Shown: positions 9,116 to 18,161, numbered from the stretch's first letter. The stretch is 64,000 nt of DNA from Lachnospiraceae bacterium (GCA_021771695.1 JAETON010000008.1:8089-72088); one strand, 5' to 3'. The notes: a model not told the origin generated them from the letters alone. A program made the numbers and translations.

Positions 9116-9670
9116 CTAGAACTTAAATGTTTCACTTAACCCTTTCCATTTACGGTCTTTTTCTGAAATAATCAAATCCACACCTTCTTCCAGCGGCCAT
9201 TCTACACCGATTTCTTCATCACTCCAAAGCAGTCCGCCTTCATCTCCCGGATGATAGAAATCCGTACATTTGTAACAAAATTCTGCTTCATCAGACAATA
9301 CTAAGAATCCATGTGCAAATCCTTCCGAAATATAAAATTGTTTCATATTCTCCGCAGATAATTCCACACCAAACCATTTTCCATAAGTTTTGGAATTTGA
9401 ACGTAAATCTACTGCTACATCAAATACTTTTCCACGAGCCACACGAACCAATTTACCCTGTGGATATTGTTTCTGAAAATGAAGTCCACGTAGAACACCT
9501 CTCGTAGACATAGACTGGTTATCCTGTACAAATACCATATCAAGTCCAGCTTCTTTCATATCATTTTGATTGTACGTTTCTACAAAATATCCTCGTTCGT
9601 CCTTAAAAACTGTTGGCTCAATAACATAAAGTCCTTCAATATCACAAGGTGTCACTGTGATTTTTCCCAT
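9116..9670 (-). CDS. rmlC: dTDP-4-dehydrorhamnose 3,5-epimerase
   Basis: DERGYF, VQDNQS, RGLHFQ, QGKLVR, GFAHGF; start placed at MGKITV. Confidence 0.95.
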   Translation of the reverse strand: MGKITVTPCDIEGLYVIEPTVFKDERGYFVETYNQNDMKEAGLDMVFVQDNQSMSTRGVLRGLHFQKQYPQGKLVRVARGKVFDVAVDLRSNSKTYGKWFGVELSAENMKQFYISEGFAHGFLVLSDEAEFCYKCTDFYHPGDEGGLLWSDEEIGVEWPLEEGVDLIISEKDRKWKGLSETFKF

Positions 9671-9683
9671 GATTCTTTTCCTC

Positions 9684-10529
9684 CTAATTCTCAATTTCTT
9701 TTAAATATCTATTTAACGCATCCTGCCATGACGGCAATGGTTCAAATCCATTTTCCTTTAATTTTTCTTTATTCATACGGCTGTTTTCGGGGCGTTTTGC
9801 TTTCGCCGGATATTCATCACTGGTTACCGGAGTAACCTTCACATCCAGACCTGCCTGCTTGAAAATCTCACATGCAAACTCATACCATGTACATAAACCT
9901 TCATTGGTTGCATGGTATCTTCCATACTTCTCTGTCTGAATCATATCAACTAAAAGTCTTGCCAAATCATAAGTATATGTTGGAGAACCTGTCTGATTGT
10001 TGACAACCGTCAGTTGATCATGAGTTTTCCCAAGATTCAGCATTGTTTTAATAAAGTTCTTCCCATTCACACCAAATACCCATGCAATTCTCACGGTAAA
10101 AAATTTCTTCACATGCTGTTCTACTGCCAGTTCTCCCTCATATTTTGTCTGTCCGTAAACATTTAACGGTTCTCTTTCATCATCTGGCTCCCAAGCTCTG
10201 GTTCCCTGTCCATTAAACACATAATCCGTACTAATGTACATCATTTTAATATCCAGTTTTCCACAAACCTCTGCTACATTTTTTGTACCTTCCGCATTGA
10301 CTTTCCGGCAGATTTCTACATTGTCCTCTGCCGCATCGACTGCTGTGTATGCGGCACAATGAATGACTGCATCTGGTACTACTTTTGTAATCACTTCTTC
10401 TACTTGAGCTGCATTGGTAATATCCATTTCGTCAATATCAACGCCGACCGCCTCTATATTACGTTTCCCTAATTCGTTTATTACGTCAAATCCAAGCTGT
10501 CCTTTCACTCCTGTTACTAAAACTTTCAT
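9684..10529 (-). CDS. rmlD: dTDP-4-dehydrorhamnose reductase
   Basis: VTGVKGQLG, HCAAYTAVDAAE, STDYVF, YGQTK, GSPT. Confidence 0.96.
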   Translation of the reverse strand: MKVLVTGVKGQLGFDVINELGKRNIEAVGVDIDEMDITNAAQVEEVITKVVPDAVIHCAAYTAVDAAEDNVEICRKVNAEGTKNVAEVCGKLDIKMMYISTDYVFNGQGTRAWEPDDEREPLNVYGQTKYEGELAVEQHVKKFFTVRIAWVFGVNGKNFIKTMLNLGKTHDQLTVVNNQTGSPTYTYDLARLLVDMIQTEKYGRYHATNEGLCTWYEFACEIFKQAGLDVKVTPVTSDEYPAKAKRPENSRMNKEKLKENGFEPLPSWQDALNRYLKEIEN

Positions 10530-10542
10530 AGTTCCTCGCTTT

Positions 10543-11733
10543 CTATCTGCACAGGAAAATTCCTGCGGATTTTGTGATTTTCATCGTTCCTTGAGCTGCT
10601 ATTTTCTTTCGGACAAATTCTTTAAACTCCAAATAACGATGATTTAAATATTCATGCTGATTTCCATGACAAGATAAAATATAAGATATGAGAGGTTCCG
10701 GCTGATCTACCAGAAGTTCATCTTCATAATCAATTTCCTGTACTTCTTCAAACACCCGTTTTAACTGTTCTTCCCCATTTTCCAAACCAAACACATCATA
10801 CAATGTATTTGCAGACAAAGTAATTCTTTCGTCAAATTCTTTTACCAGCTGCGTGATTTCCTGCATATGTTGTTTCCCGTAGGTACTGCACAAAAACATA
10901 CCTCCCCGCTTCAACACCCGTTTCACTTCTTGTAGAACCTTCTGCCTGTCTGGAAGATAAAACAAGAGATGATTTGCAATCACTTTGTCATATATATGAG
11001 GTTCTTTTGGAATCTTTTGGCAGTCAAATGTTTCATATGAAAATATTTTCGGATATTTGCCAATACTCTTTTTTGCATCCTGCACCATTCCTTCCGACTG
11101 GTCAGATAATGTAATGTTCACTCCTTTGGGAATTTTCTGAACATGCTTTCTCCACAATTCTCCTGTTCCACAACCAATTTCTAGTATTTGTTCATTTTCC
11201 TGTAAATCGATTTGTGAATAAATCCAATCAAACCATGAAATCCGATTTTGAGAATATTTTTGATGAAGTCCAATTCGAATATTCAAATTGGAAGCATTTT
11301 TATACTGTTGCACTAAACCTTTTTCCATATTCGTTACATGCAAAAGTTCCATGACTTCGCTCCAATCGATTTCTTTCGCCTCTTCCATCTTTTTGGCTGT
11401 ATCAATCAACGATTGTTCTACCATTTTTAAGTGTTCCATTTTTTTCTGAACTAAATTCAACTGTAACCCTATGGATTCTTTCATATAATCCTGGTTATCG
11501 TCATTAATTGTCATCGTCATAATCTCTTCCAAAGAAAATCCAAGGTACTTTAAGGATAGTATTTTCTGCAATTTTGCAAAATCTGCATCTGTATACAAAC
11601 GATATCCATTCTTTGCTTTTTTACTAGGCTTTAAAATTCCCTGACGGTCATAATAACGAATGGTCCGCAAGGTAACATTCGCTTTTTTGGCAAATTCACC
11701 AGATGTATAATATCCATCTTTTGTCATCGTCAT
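10543..11733 (-). CDS. MerR-family regulator fused to a class I SAM-dependent methyltransferase
   Basis: N-terminal 'YTSGEFAKKANVTLRTIRYYD..GILKP' MerR HTH; C-terminal 'ILEIGCGTG' SAM motif. Confidence 0.9.
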   Translation of the reverse strand: MTMTKDGYYTSGEFAKKANVTLRTIRYYDRQGILKPSKKAKNGYRLYTDADFAKLQKILSLKYLGFSLEEIMTMTINDDNQDYMKESIGLQLNLVQKKMEHLKMVEQSLIDTAKKMEEAKEIDWSEVMELLHVTNMEKGLVQQYKNASNLNIRIGLHQKYSQNRISWFDWIYSQIDLQENEQILEIGCGTGELWRKHVQKIPKGVNITLSDQSEGMVQDAKKSIGKYPKIFSYETFDCQKIPKEPHIYDKVIANHLLFYLPDRQKVLQEVKRVLKRGGMFLCSTYGKQHMQEITQLVKEFDERITLSANTLYDVFGLENGEEQLKRVFEEVQEIDYEDELLVDQPEPLISYILSCHGNQHEYLNHRYLEFKEFVRKKIAAQGTMKITKSAGIFLCR

Positions 11734-11757
11734 ACCTCCTGACTTTCTCTATAGTTT

Positions 11758-11788
11758 ATCATAAAGGGTGACGTAAGGGAACTGTCAA
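11758..11788 (-). promoter_or_regulatory. MerR-type promoter with 19-bp spacer
   Basis: TTGACA-gttcccttacgtcaccctt(19)-TATGAT on the minus strand; the over-long spacer is the hallmark of MerR-activated promoters. Confidence 0.7.
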
Positions 11789-11871
11789 GAAAAATATGAA
11801 ACAAAAAAATGAAAGGATTGGATGCCGTATCCATGGAAGATTTCGAGTCAAAAATTTTCTCATAATAAACT

Positions 11872-11911
11872 AAGAAGCCGCACGATGAAAATATCCATCG
11901 AACGGCTTCTT
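11872..11911 (-). terminator. Intrinsic terminator downstream of the two-gene cassette
   Basis: Stem AAGAAGCCG..CGATG / CATCG..CGGCTTCTT. Confidence 0.7.
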
Positions 11912-11920
11912 TTAAAAATC

Positions 11921-11933
11921 ATTATTAAACAGG
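11921..11933. repeat. Left copy of a 13-bp inverted repeat (ATTATTAAACAGG)
   Basis: Exact reverse complement at 12691-12703. Confidence 0.75.
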
Positions 11934-11962
11934 ACTTTCTATGAATCCTATTTTATATGGTA

Positions 11963-12115
11963 TTAGTTCATAAAAATATAATATAGAACAGATACTATAA
12001 AAATAAATAACACAACTAATCCAAAATACGCAGTTGATTTGCCATAACCTTGCCAATCTTTTTGAAGTTCCTTTGTTTTATCAGGATCAATGATTTTATT
12101 TTTTTTATTACTCAT
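11963..12115 (-). CDS. 50-aa single-pass membrane protein (absent from the ORF track)
   Basis: RBS AAGGAG directly after the upstream stop; MSNKKNKIIDPDKTKELQKDWQGYGKSTAYFGLVVLFIFIVSVLYYIFMN*; charged N-half, ~20-aa hydrophobic C-half. Confidence 0.75.
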   Translation of the reverse strand: MSNKKNKIIDPDKTKELQKDWQGYGKSTAYFGLVVLFIFIVSVLYYIFMN

Positions 12116-12126
12116 TATACACTCCT

Positions 12127-12675
12127 TTATGGTAAAGAAATAGACTTGGTTCCTGTCATAGTATAAGTACCTCCCGCTGTAAGTTTACAAGTTCCTTTAA
12201 AGGTCATTTTTTTAGCTGACCAAGATGATACCTTTACAGATGGATTTGAATAACCTGTAGCCCCATAAACACCAGAGACGCCTGTTACAACTGGAGATTC
12301 ATATCCTACTGCATTTGTTGACTTAAAAAATACATTAACATAAAAAGTAATATTTGCATTTAATAAGTATGAACTAGCTTGTCCAGATCCTTTACAAGTT
12401 ACACCTGTTCTATAGGTTTTATAATAGTCATATGAAGAAGGAACTGCCCTAGTAGTAATTATCGGCTTATCATCGTACCTTGAGTCATATACAACTTCAA
12501 CTTTTTGTTCATCTACAATTTTATGTGTTACAGGAATACTATTTTGAAAAGCAATTCGAAGTATATCCTCACTATTTAACTCCTTTTCAGATGCAAATAC
12601 CGAGGTTGTTAAATTAAAGCTAATACTACACAACAAAACTAAAGCTAATACAATTTTTTTCCTCATTGATTTCAT
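12127..12675 (-). CDS. Secreted protein of unknown function
   Basis: RBS AGGAGG; Sec signal (MKSMRKK + hydrophobic + VFA|S); G/S/T/Y/K-rich C-terminal half; visibly AT-rich DNA. Confidence 0.75.
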   Translation of the reverse strand: MKSMRKKIVLALVLLCSISFNLTTSVFASEKELNSEDILRIAFQNSIPVTHKIVDEQKVEVVYDSRYDDKPIITTRAVPSSYDYYKTYRTGVTCKGSGQASSYLLNANITFYVNVFFKSTNAVGYESPVVTGVSGVYGATGYSNPSVKVSSWSAKKMTFKGTCKLTAGGTYTMTGTKSISLP

Positions 12676-12690
12676 ATTCTCCTCCTTCTG

Positions 12691-12703
12691 CCTGTTTAAT
12701 AAT
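12691..12703. repeat. Right copy of the 13-bp inverted repeat (CCTGTTTAATAAT)
   Basis: Exact reverse complement of 11921-11933; overlaps the last 2 nt of a TATAAT box (12702-12707, minus strand). Confidence 0.75.
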
Positions 12704-12753
12704 TATATTAACAATATCATATTCTTATTAAATAAACAATAAACTTTAAGAAA

Positions 12754-13278
12754 TCAATTACATACGTCAACATACCTTTTGACATTTGTCACAAATAAAC
12801 ATTTTGTAATTATGACAAACATCAAAAAATATAATTTCATTTCCACATTTTCTTTTTTATTCTTTGAATCAACGTCTTTTTCCCCTTTTTTAGGTACTGG
12901 CTCTTCTAATACCCACGGAATCTCTATATGAAATATCTCAAAACAAAATCCAGAAGGCTTCATTGCAAAATTAGGTCTTTCCTCTAGATACTGTACAACT
13001 ACACTTACAAAACTGTTTTCTCCCTGAAAATCAAGTTCATATCCTTCTTCTGAAAATGCATCTCCTTTAACAGAATAGTATAAAATATAATGTATTTTTT
13101 CGTTATCCTCTGAATCAAACCAGATTATCTCTTCCGGATTTGAAACATCAATTGCAAATTGTTCAAAAAAACTTTTCACACCATCCGGTGCCCTCGAAAA
13201 TGCCTTCCAAAAATTTCTACAATAGGCACATTGACAAGTTGAAATCAAATTTTCATATTTTTTTTGTTTCTTTTTCAT
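12754..13278 (-). CDS. Hypothetical protein with CxCxxC motif
   Basis: 'CQCAYCRNF'; GTG start coupled to the end of the CDF gene. Confidence 0.6.
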   Translation of the reverse strand: MKKKQKKYENLISTCQCAYCRNFWKAFSRAPDGVKSFFEQFAIDVSNPEEIIWFDSEDNEKIHYILYYSVKGDAFSEEGYELDFQGENSFVSVVVQYLEERPNFAMKPSGFCFEIFHIEIPWVLEEPVPKKGEKDVDSKNKKENVEMKLYFLMFVIITKCLFVTNVKRYVDVCN

Positions 13279-13314
13279 CCACCAAGAACGTCCAATCCTG
13301 CTCTTTTATTTCAA

Positions 13315-14493
13315 TTACACCACCATACTCCGATCCACTTTGATGACTGCAAAATGTTGATTCGGCATCTCTCGATGAATCATTTCCCGAATATCTTTTA
13401 CAATCTGTTTTACATGATATTCTTTCCCATATGGAATTACCATATCAAAAATCACATTGGTATGTGTTTTTCCGGTTACCATGCGGAAATCATGGATAGA
13501 TAAAGTCTCGTCATATGTATGAATCAATTCCTCTACCCTTTGTTTTGTTTTCAATGTTTCTTCATCATCCGTCACAACCGGATCCATATGAATGGTTGCT
13601 TCACAATGATATTCCTGCATCAAACGCATTTCAATATGGTCAATCATATCGTGTGCTTCCAAAATATCAATATTCGCCGGAACCTCAGCATGAAGTGACA
13701 CAATTCTCCGTCCCGGTCCATAATCATGGACAATCATATCATGAACACCCATCACCATTTTATGCCGCAGCACCATTTCTTCAATATTCTTTACCAGCTC
13801 CGGATCCGGAGTCTCTCCAAGTAAGGGATTCATCGTGTCTTTTACTGCCTCAAATCCTCCCCATAAAACAAAACAAGCTACAAAAATACCAATAAATCCA
13901 TCCAAATTATATCCGAAAAAGCGGAAAATCAACATTCCACCTAAAACTGCTGTCGTAGAAATGCAATCATTTAAACTATCTGTTGCAGTGGCTTTCATAG
14001 TCTCTGATTGTATCTTTTCTCCGATTTTGCGATTAAATAATGCCATCCAAAACTTAACAAGTATTGACACAACTAAAATCACAATAGAAATCATTTGAAA
14101 TGTAATTGGTTCCGGATGCAGAATTTTAGAAGCAGAAGATTTCAAAAGTTCTACTCCCATCAACAAAATTGCTAGTGCCACAATCAATCCGGAAACATAT
14201 TCCATTCTTCCATGTCCAAAAGGATGATCCTCATCCGCAGGTTTCCCTGCCATATAAAAACCTGCCAGCGTAATAATAGAAGATGCCGCATCAGACAGGT
14301 TATTAAAGGCATCTGCCGTAATAGAAATTGCCCCGGTTATGATTCCCGCAAAAAATTTTCCGGCAAATAAAAATACATTACATAAAATACCTATGATTCC
14401 CCCAAGGATTCCATATGCATTTCTTACTTTTGCATGTTTTATATTATCTTTATCTTTAATAAACAATGAAATTAATATATTAGTCATAACCAT
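13315..14493 (-). CDS. Cation diffusion facilitator (CDF) transporter
   Basis: 'ADAFNNLSD', 'KPADEDHPFGHGRMEY', 'DSLND', C-terminal 'HDMIVHDYGPG...SLHAEV', 'IHMDP'; start moved to the RBS-linked ATG. Confidence 0.9.
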   Translation of the reverse strand: MVMTNILISLFIKDKDNIKHAKVRNAYGILGGIIGILCNVFLFAGKFFAGIITGAISITADAFNNLSDAASSIITLAGFYMAGKPADEDHPFGHGRMEYVSGLIVALAILLMGVELLKSSASKILHPEPITFQMISIVILVVSILVKFWMALFNRKIGEKIQSETMKATATDSLNDCISTTAVLGGMLIFRFFGYNLDGFIGIFVACFVLWGGFEAVKDTMNPLLGETPDPELVKNIEEMVLRHKMVMGVHDMIVHDYGPGRRIVSLHAEVPANIDILEAHDMIDHIEMRLMQEYHCEATIHMDPVVTDDEETLKTKQRVEELIHTYDETLSIHDFRMVTGKTHTNVIFDMVIPYGKEYHVKQIVKDIREMIHREMPNQHFAVIKVDRSMVV

Positions 14494-14574
14494 TCCGCCC
14501 CTTTCATTCATAAAATACTCATATGATAACAAAGAATCCCGCTGCAGCGAGATTCTTCTGTCCTTTATCATTAT

Positions 14575-15816
14575 TTATGCTTCTACAATCTTTCCAGCAA
14601 TTGCTGAAGCTGCTGCCGTTTTGGGAGATCCAAGATAAATTTCCACTTTGGAAGTTCCCATTCTTCCAAGGAAATTTCGATTGTTAGTTGCCAGAATTCT
14701 TTCTCCATCTGTCAAAATTCCTCCCGCACGTCCACAACAAAGTCCACAGCCAGGCTGCGTGATAATCGCTCCTGCTTTTGCAAGAATTGTCAAATATCCT
14801 GCTTTTGCAGCTTCTTGATAAATCTTTCGGCTGGCTGGTGTTACGATTAGTTTTACATAATCTGCAACTTTTTTTCCATCCAAAATTTCTGCTGCAGCCT
14901 TTAAATCTTCCAAACGGCCGTTAGTACAAGAACCAATAAATACTTGATCTAACTTCGTTCCTTCGACTTCTTTTACATCACGGATTTTATCTACCTGAGA
15001 AGGACATGCCACCACTGGCACCAAGTCTTCTGCATTATATGTAATTGTCTGACAATACTTAGCATCCTTATCACCATAAATCCAGTCCACATCAGATAAT
15101 TCAACATTTGAATACTCTGCTGTTTTTTCATCTGGTGCAAACAATGCACATTTGGCTCCTGCTTCAATTGCCATATTGGACATACTCATTCTGGAAGCTA
15201 CTGTCATTTCATCAATGGTACTTCCGGAAAATTCCAAGGCTTTATAGGTTGCTCCATCGGCCCTTAAATCACCAATCAGTTTCAAAATAATATCTTTGGC
15301 ACTGACATTGTCCGGCAGTTTTCCATTCACAACAACTTTAATCGTCTCTGGAACTTTTACCCACATTTCTCCGGTACCAAGAATTGATGCCATTTCTGTA
15401 TATCCGATTCCAGAGGAAAAACAACCGACACATCCATAAGTTGTTGTATGAGAATCTGTTCCAAATACAACATTTCCGGGTTTTGCATATCCACATTCTG
15501 TCATTAACTGATGGCAGATTCCATCACTGCGATGGACATGTTTCATACCATATTTTTCTGCAAATACATCTCCTATTTTAAAATGGCGGATATCATCGAC
15601 TGTACTTGCAGGCACCATATGGTCATAAATTAATACAATTTTGTCCGGATCCCACAATTTTGTAAATCCCATTTCTTCAAATTTTTCTGCAACAAATGGA
15701 ATGAAAATATCATGAATCATAACACGATCTACATTCACTGTTACAATCTGTCCCGGTGTTACTGATTCAGCTCCAATATTACGGCTGATAATTTTTTCAA
15801 TCATCGTATTTCCCAT
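14575..15816 (-). CDS. LeuC/HacA-family hydro-lyase large subunit (copy 1)
   Basis: 'DSHTTTYG', 'GSCTNGR', 'PGCGLCCG', 'TNNRNFLGRMG'; three 4Fe-4S Cys present; short 413-aa archaeal-type length. Confidence 0.9.
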   Translation of the reverse strand: MGNTMIEKIISRNIGAESVTPGQIVTVNVDRVMIHDIFIPFVAEKFEEMGFTKLWDPDKIVLIYDHMVPASTVDDIRHFKIGDVFAEKYGMKHVHRSDGICHQLMTECGYAKPGNVVFGTDSHTTTYGCVGCFSSGIGYTEMASILGTGEMWVKVPETIKVVVNGKLPDNVSAKDIILKLIGDLRADGATYKALEFSGSTIDEMTVASRMSMSNMAIEAGAKCALFAPDEKTAEYSNVELSDVDWIYGDKDAKYCQTITYNAEDLVPVVACPSQVDKIRDVKEVEGTKLDQVFIGSCTNGRLEDLKAAAEILDGKKVADYVKLIVTPASRKIYQEAAKAGYLTILAKAGAIITQPGCGLCCGRAGGILTDGERILATNNRNFLGRMGTSKVEIYLGSPKTAAASAIAGKIVEA

Positions 15817-15820
15817 GATA

Positions 15821-16318
15821 TTATTTCACCCCGTTTCTTTTCTTCATTGCTTCGACCAGTCCTCCGGCATTGATAATTTCCATCAAATTATCCGGCAAAG
15901 ACTGAATCTCATAAGATGCTCCATGATGTACAATCTTCTCACCCAAAGTTACATCCAGAACATCTCCTTCTTTCACATGCTCTTGAATCTGATCATTTTC
16001 AATTAAAAGCAGTCCATTATTAATCGAATTGCGGAAAAAGATTCTTGCAAATGATTTTGCAATCACACATTTGATCTTTAATGCCTTAATAATCTCTGGT
16101 GCTTGTTCTCTGGAAGATCCGCAGCCAAAGTTTTTTCCTGCAACGATAATATCTCCTTCCCCAATCTGTCCTGCTAATTCCGGACGAAGTGGAGAAAATC
16201 CATACTGTTTCATATCTTCAACGGTTGGAAGTGCCAAATATTCTGTAGGAATGATAATATCTGTATCAATATCATCCCCTAACACCCAGACCTTACCTGT
16301 AAATTGTTCCATATTCAT
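15821..16318 (-). CDS. LeuD/HacB-family small subunit (copy 1)
   Basis: 'DIDTDIIIP', '[12 protein letters not shown]', 'SFARIFFRNSINNGL'. Confidence 0.9.
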   Translation of the reverse strand: MNMEQFTGKVWVLGDDIDTDIIIPTEYLALPTVEDMKQYGFSPLRPELAGQIGEGDIIVAGKNFGCGSSREQAPEIIKALKIKCVIAKSFARIFFRNSINNGLLLIENDQIQEHVKEGDVLDVTLGEKIVHHGASYEIQSLPDNLMEIINAGGLVEAMKKRNGVK

Positions 16319-16343
16319 TATCCTTTACTATATTCAAAAATTC

Positions 16344-17585
16344 TTATGCGTTTACAATCTTTCCTGCAATTGCTGATGCAGTTACAGTTGCGGCAGAACC
16401 AAGATATACAAAAGAATCCGGATGTCCTGCACGTCCTTTAAAGTTTCTGGTTCCAGTAGAAATTAAAACTTCACCTTCTCCAATGACACCCTGACAGCTT
16501 CCCCAGCAGACACTGCAGTTACAGTTCATAACCATAGCTCCTGATTCCATGAAAATATCAATCAGTCCTTCTTCCAATGCCTGTAGATACACTTCATTGG
16601 ATGCCGGTGCAATGATAAACCTTACATGATCATTGACTTTCTTTCCTTTTAAAATTTGAGCAGCTACCCGAAGTTCTTCAATTCTTCCGTTATTGCAGGA
16701 ACCTAAAAATGCTTCATCAATTTTTACATCTTTGGCTTCTCCAACCGGAACTACATCATCAATCTGATGTGGTCTTGCAACAACCGGTTCAATTTCATCA
16801 AGCTGAATATGATACACTTTTTCAAATTCTGCATCTTCATCACTGACAAAAAGATTTTCTGCTTTCCTGCCGCGGCTTTCCACATATTCTATTACCTTTT
16901 CATCCGGTTCCACAATTCCTGTCTTTGCGCCTGCTTCCACTGCCAGATTACATAGAACCAAACGTTCATCAATATCTAAATTATGCGCCCCTTCTCCTGC
17001 AAATTCCATGACTTTGTAGTTGCACCCATTAGCTCCAACCATTCCAATAATAGAAAGCATTAAATCACGGGCGTAAACACCTTCTCTTAACTTACCAGTC
17101 AACTCAAAACGAATGGTTTCCGGCACCAGTACCCATGACTGCCCGGTTACCATGGCATATAAGAAATCCGTACATCCAATTCCTGTTCCAAAAGCCCCCA
17201 GCGCACCATATGTACAAGTATGAGAATCTGCCCCCATAATAAATTCACCTGGGCATACATGGTTTTCTACCATAAGCTGATGACAGACACCTTTCCCTTC
17301 ATACAGTGTAATGTTATGTTCTTTTGCAAAATTACGCATTTTACGGTGCGCTGCTGCTGTCTTTGGATTTTCTGCCGGAACATTATGATCCATAATAAAT
17401 ACTAACTTATCTTTATCTGCAATTTTGGGATGTTTCAAATCATTATGGAACATATCAATGGTAAGATGGGTTGTTCCATCATTACTCATTAAACGGTCCA
17501 CTTCAATTGTGTGGATTTCTCCAGCCTTTACCTGATCCACTTTTGCCGCTCTGGCAATAATCTTTTCTCCAATGGTCATTCCCAT
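16344..17585 (-). CDS. LeuC/HacA-family hydro-lyase large subunit (copy 2)
   Basis: 'DSHTCTYGA', 'GSCNNGR', 'CNCSVCWG', 'TGTRNFKGRAG'. Confidence 0.9.
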   Translation of the reverse strand: MGMTIGEKIIARAAKVDQVKAGEIHTIEVDRLMSNDGTTHLTIDMFHNDLKHPKIADKDKLVFIMDHNVPAENPKTAAAHRKMRNFAKEHNITLYEGKGVCHQLMVENHVCPGEFIMGADSHTCTYGALGAFGTGIGCTDFLYAMVTGQSWVLVPETIRFELTGKLREGVYARDLMLSIIGMVGANGCNYKVMEFAGEGAHNLDIDERLVLCNLAVEAGAKTGIVEPDEKVIEYVESRGRKAENLFVSDEDAEFEKVYHIQLDEIEPVVARPHQIDDVVPVGEAKDVKIDEAFLGSCNNGRIEELRVAAQILKGKKVNDHVRFIIAPASNEVYLQALEEGLIDIFMESGAMVMNCNCSVCWGSCQGVIGEGEVLISTGTRNFKGRAGHPDSFVYLGSAATVTASAIAGKIVNA

Positions 17586-17589
17586 AATC

Positions 17590-18066
17590 TTATGCCTCCT
17601 CCTGATTCAAGAAACTGATTAATCCGCCGTTATCTAAAATATTCTGCATATATGGCGGCAATTTTGTACAAGGAAGTGTTTCTTCTGAAAGTTTAATCAA
17701 TCCTTCCGTCAAATCAATATCTATTTGATCCATGTCCTCGACTTTATCATATAAGTCTTTACTAATAATTACCGGAAGCCCGATATTAATCGAATTTCGA
17801 TAAAAAATTCTTGCAAATGATTTGGCAACTACCGCTTTCACACCCAATGCTTTCAATACACTTGGTGCCTGCTCTCTGGAAGATCCGCAGCCAAAATTCT
17901 CACCGGCAACAACAATATCTCCTTTTTCCACTTTTTTTGCAAAATCTCTGTCGATTGACTCAAAGGTATATACTTTCATTTCTTCAATATTCGGCAAAAG
18001 CAAATACTGTGACGCTATAATCTGGTCCGTATCCACGTCATTGTGAAACTTAAATACTCGTCCCAT
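17590..18066 (-). CDS. LeuD/HacB-family small subunit (copy 2)
   Basis: 'DVDTDQII', '[12 protein letters not shown]'; start placed at MGRVFK after RBS AAGGAGG. Confidence 0.9.
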   Translation of the reverse strand: MGRVFKFHNDVDTDQIIASQYLLLPNIEEMKVYTFESIDRDFAKKVEKGDIVVAGENFGCGSSREQAPSVLKALGVKAVVAKSFARIFYRNSINIGLPVIISKDLYDKVEDMDQIDIDLTEGLIKLSEETLPCTKLPPYMQNILDNGGLISFLNQEEA

Positions 18067-18118
18067 AAATTCTTCCTCCTTTTTAAATCCATTATCTTTA
18101 AGGATACTATAAAATCGC

Positions 18119-18150
18119 AAAAAAAGGAAGAAGTATTTCACTCCTTCCTT
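18119..18150 (-). terminator. Intrinsic terminator after trkH
   Basis: Minus strand AAGGAAGGAGT-gaaa-TACTTCTTCCTT followed by a T-run. Confidence 0.6.
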
Positions 18151-18161
18151 CCATATTCAGC

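Noticed and set aside
11821-11943. 40-aa plus-strand ORF (MPYPWKISS...) after a GAAAGGA stretch
   Set aside because: It runs through the terminator hairpin and the inverted repeat and has no recognisable features.
14575-18066. Calling these genes ordinary leuC/leuD, or a recent tandem duplication
   Set aside because: No leuA/leuB context, the specificity loops differ from the canonical bacterial type, and the two copies are strongly diverged.
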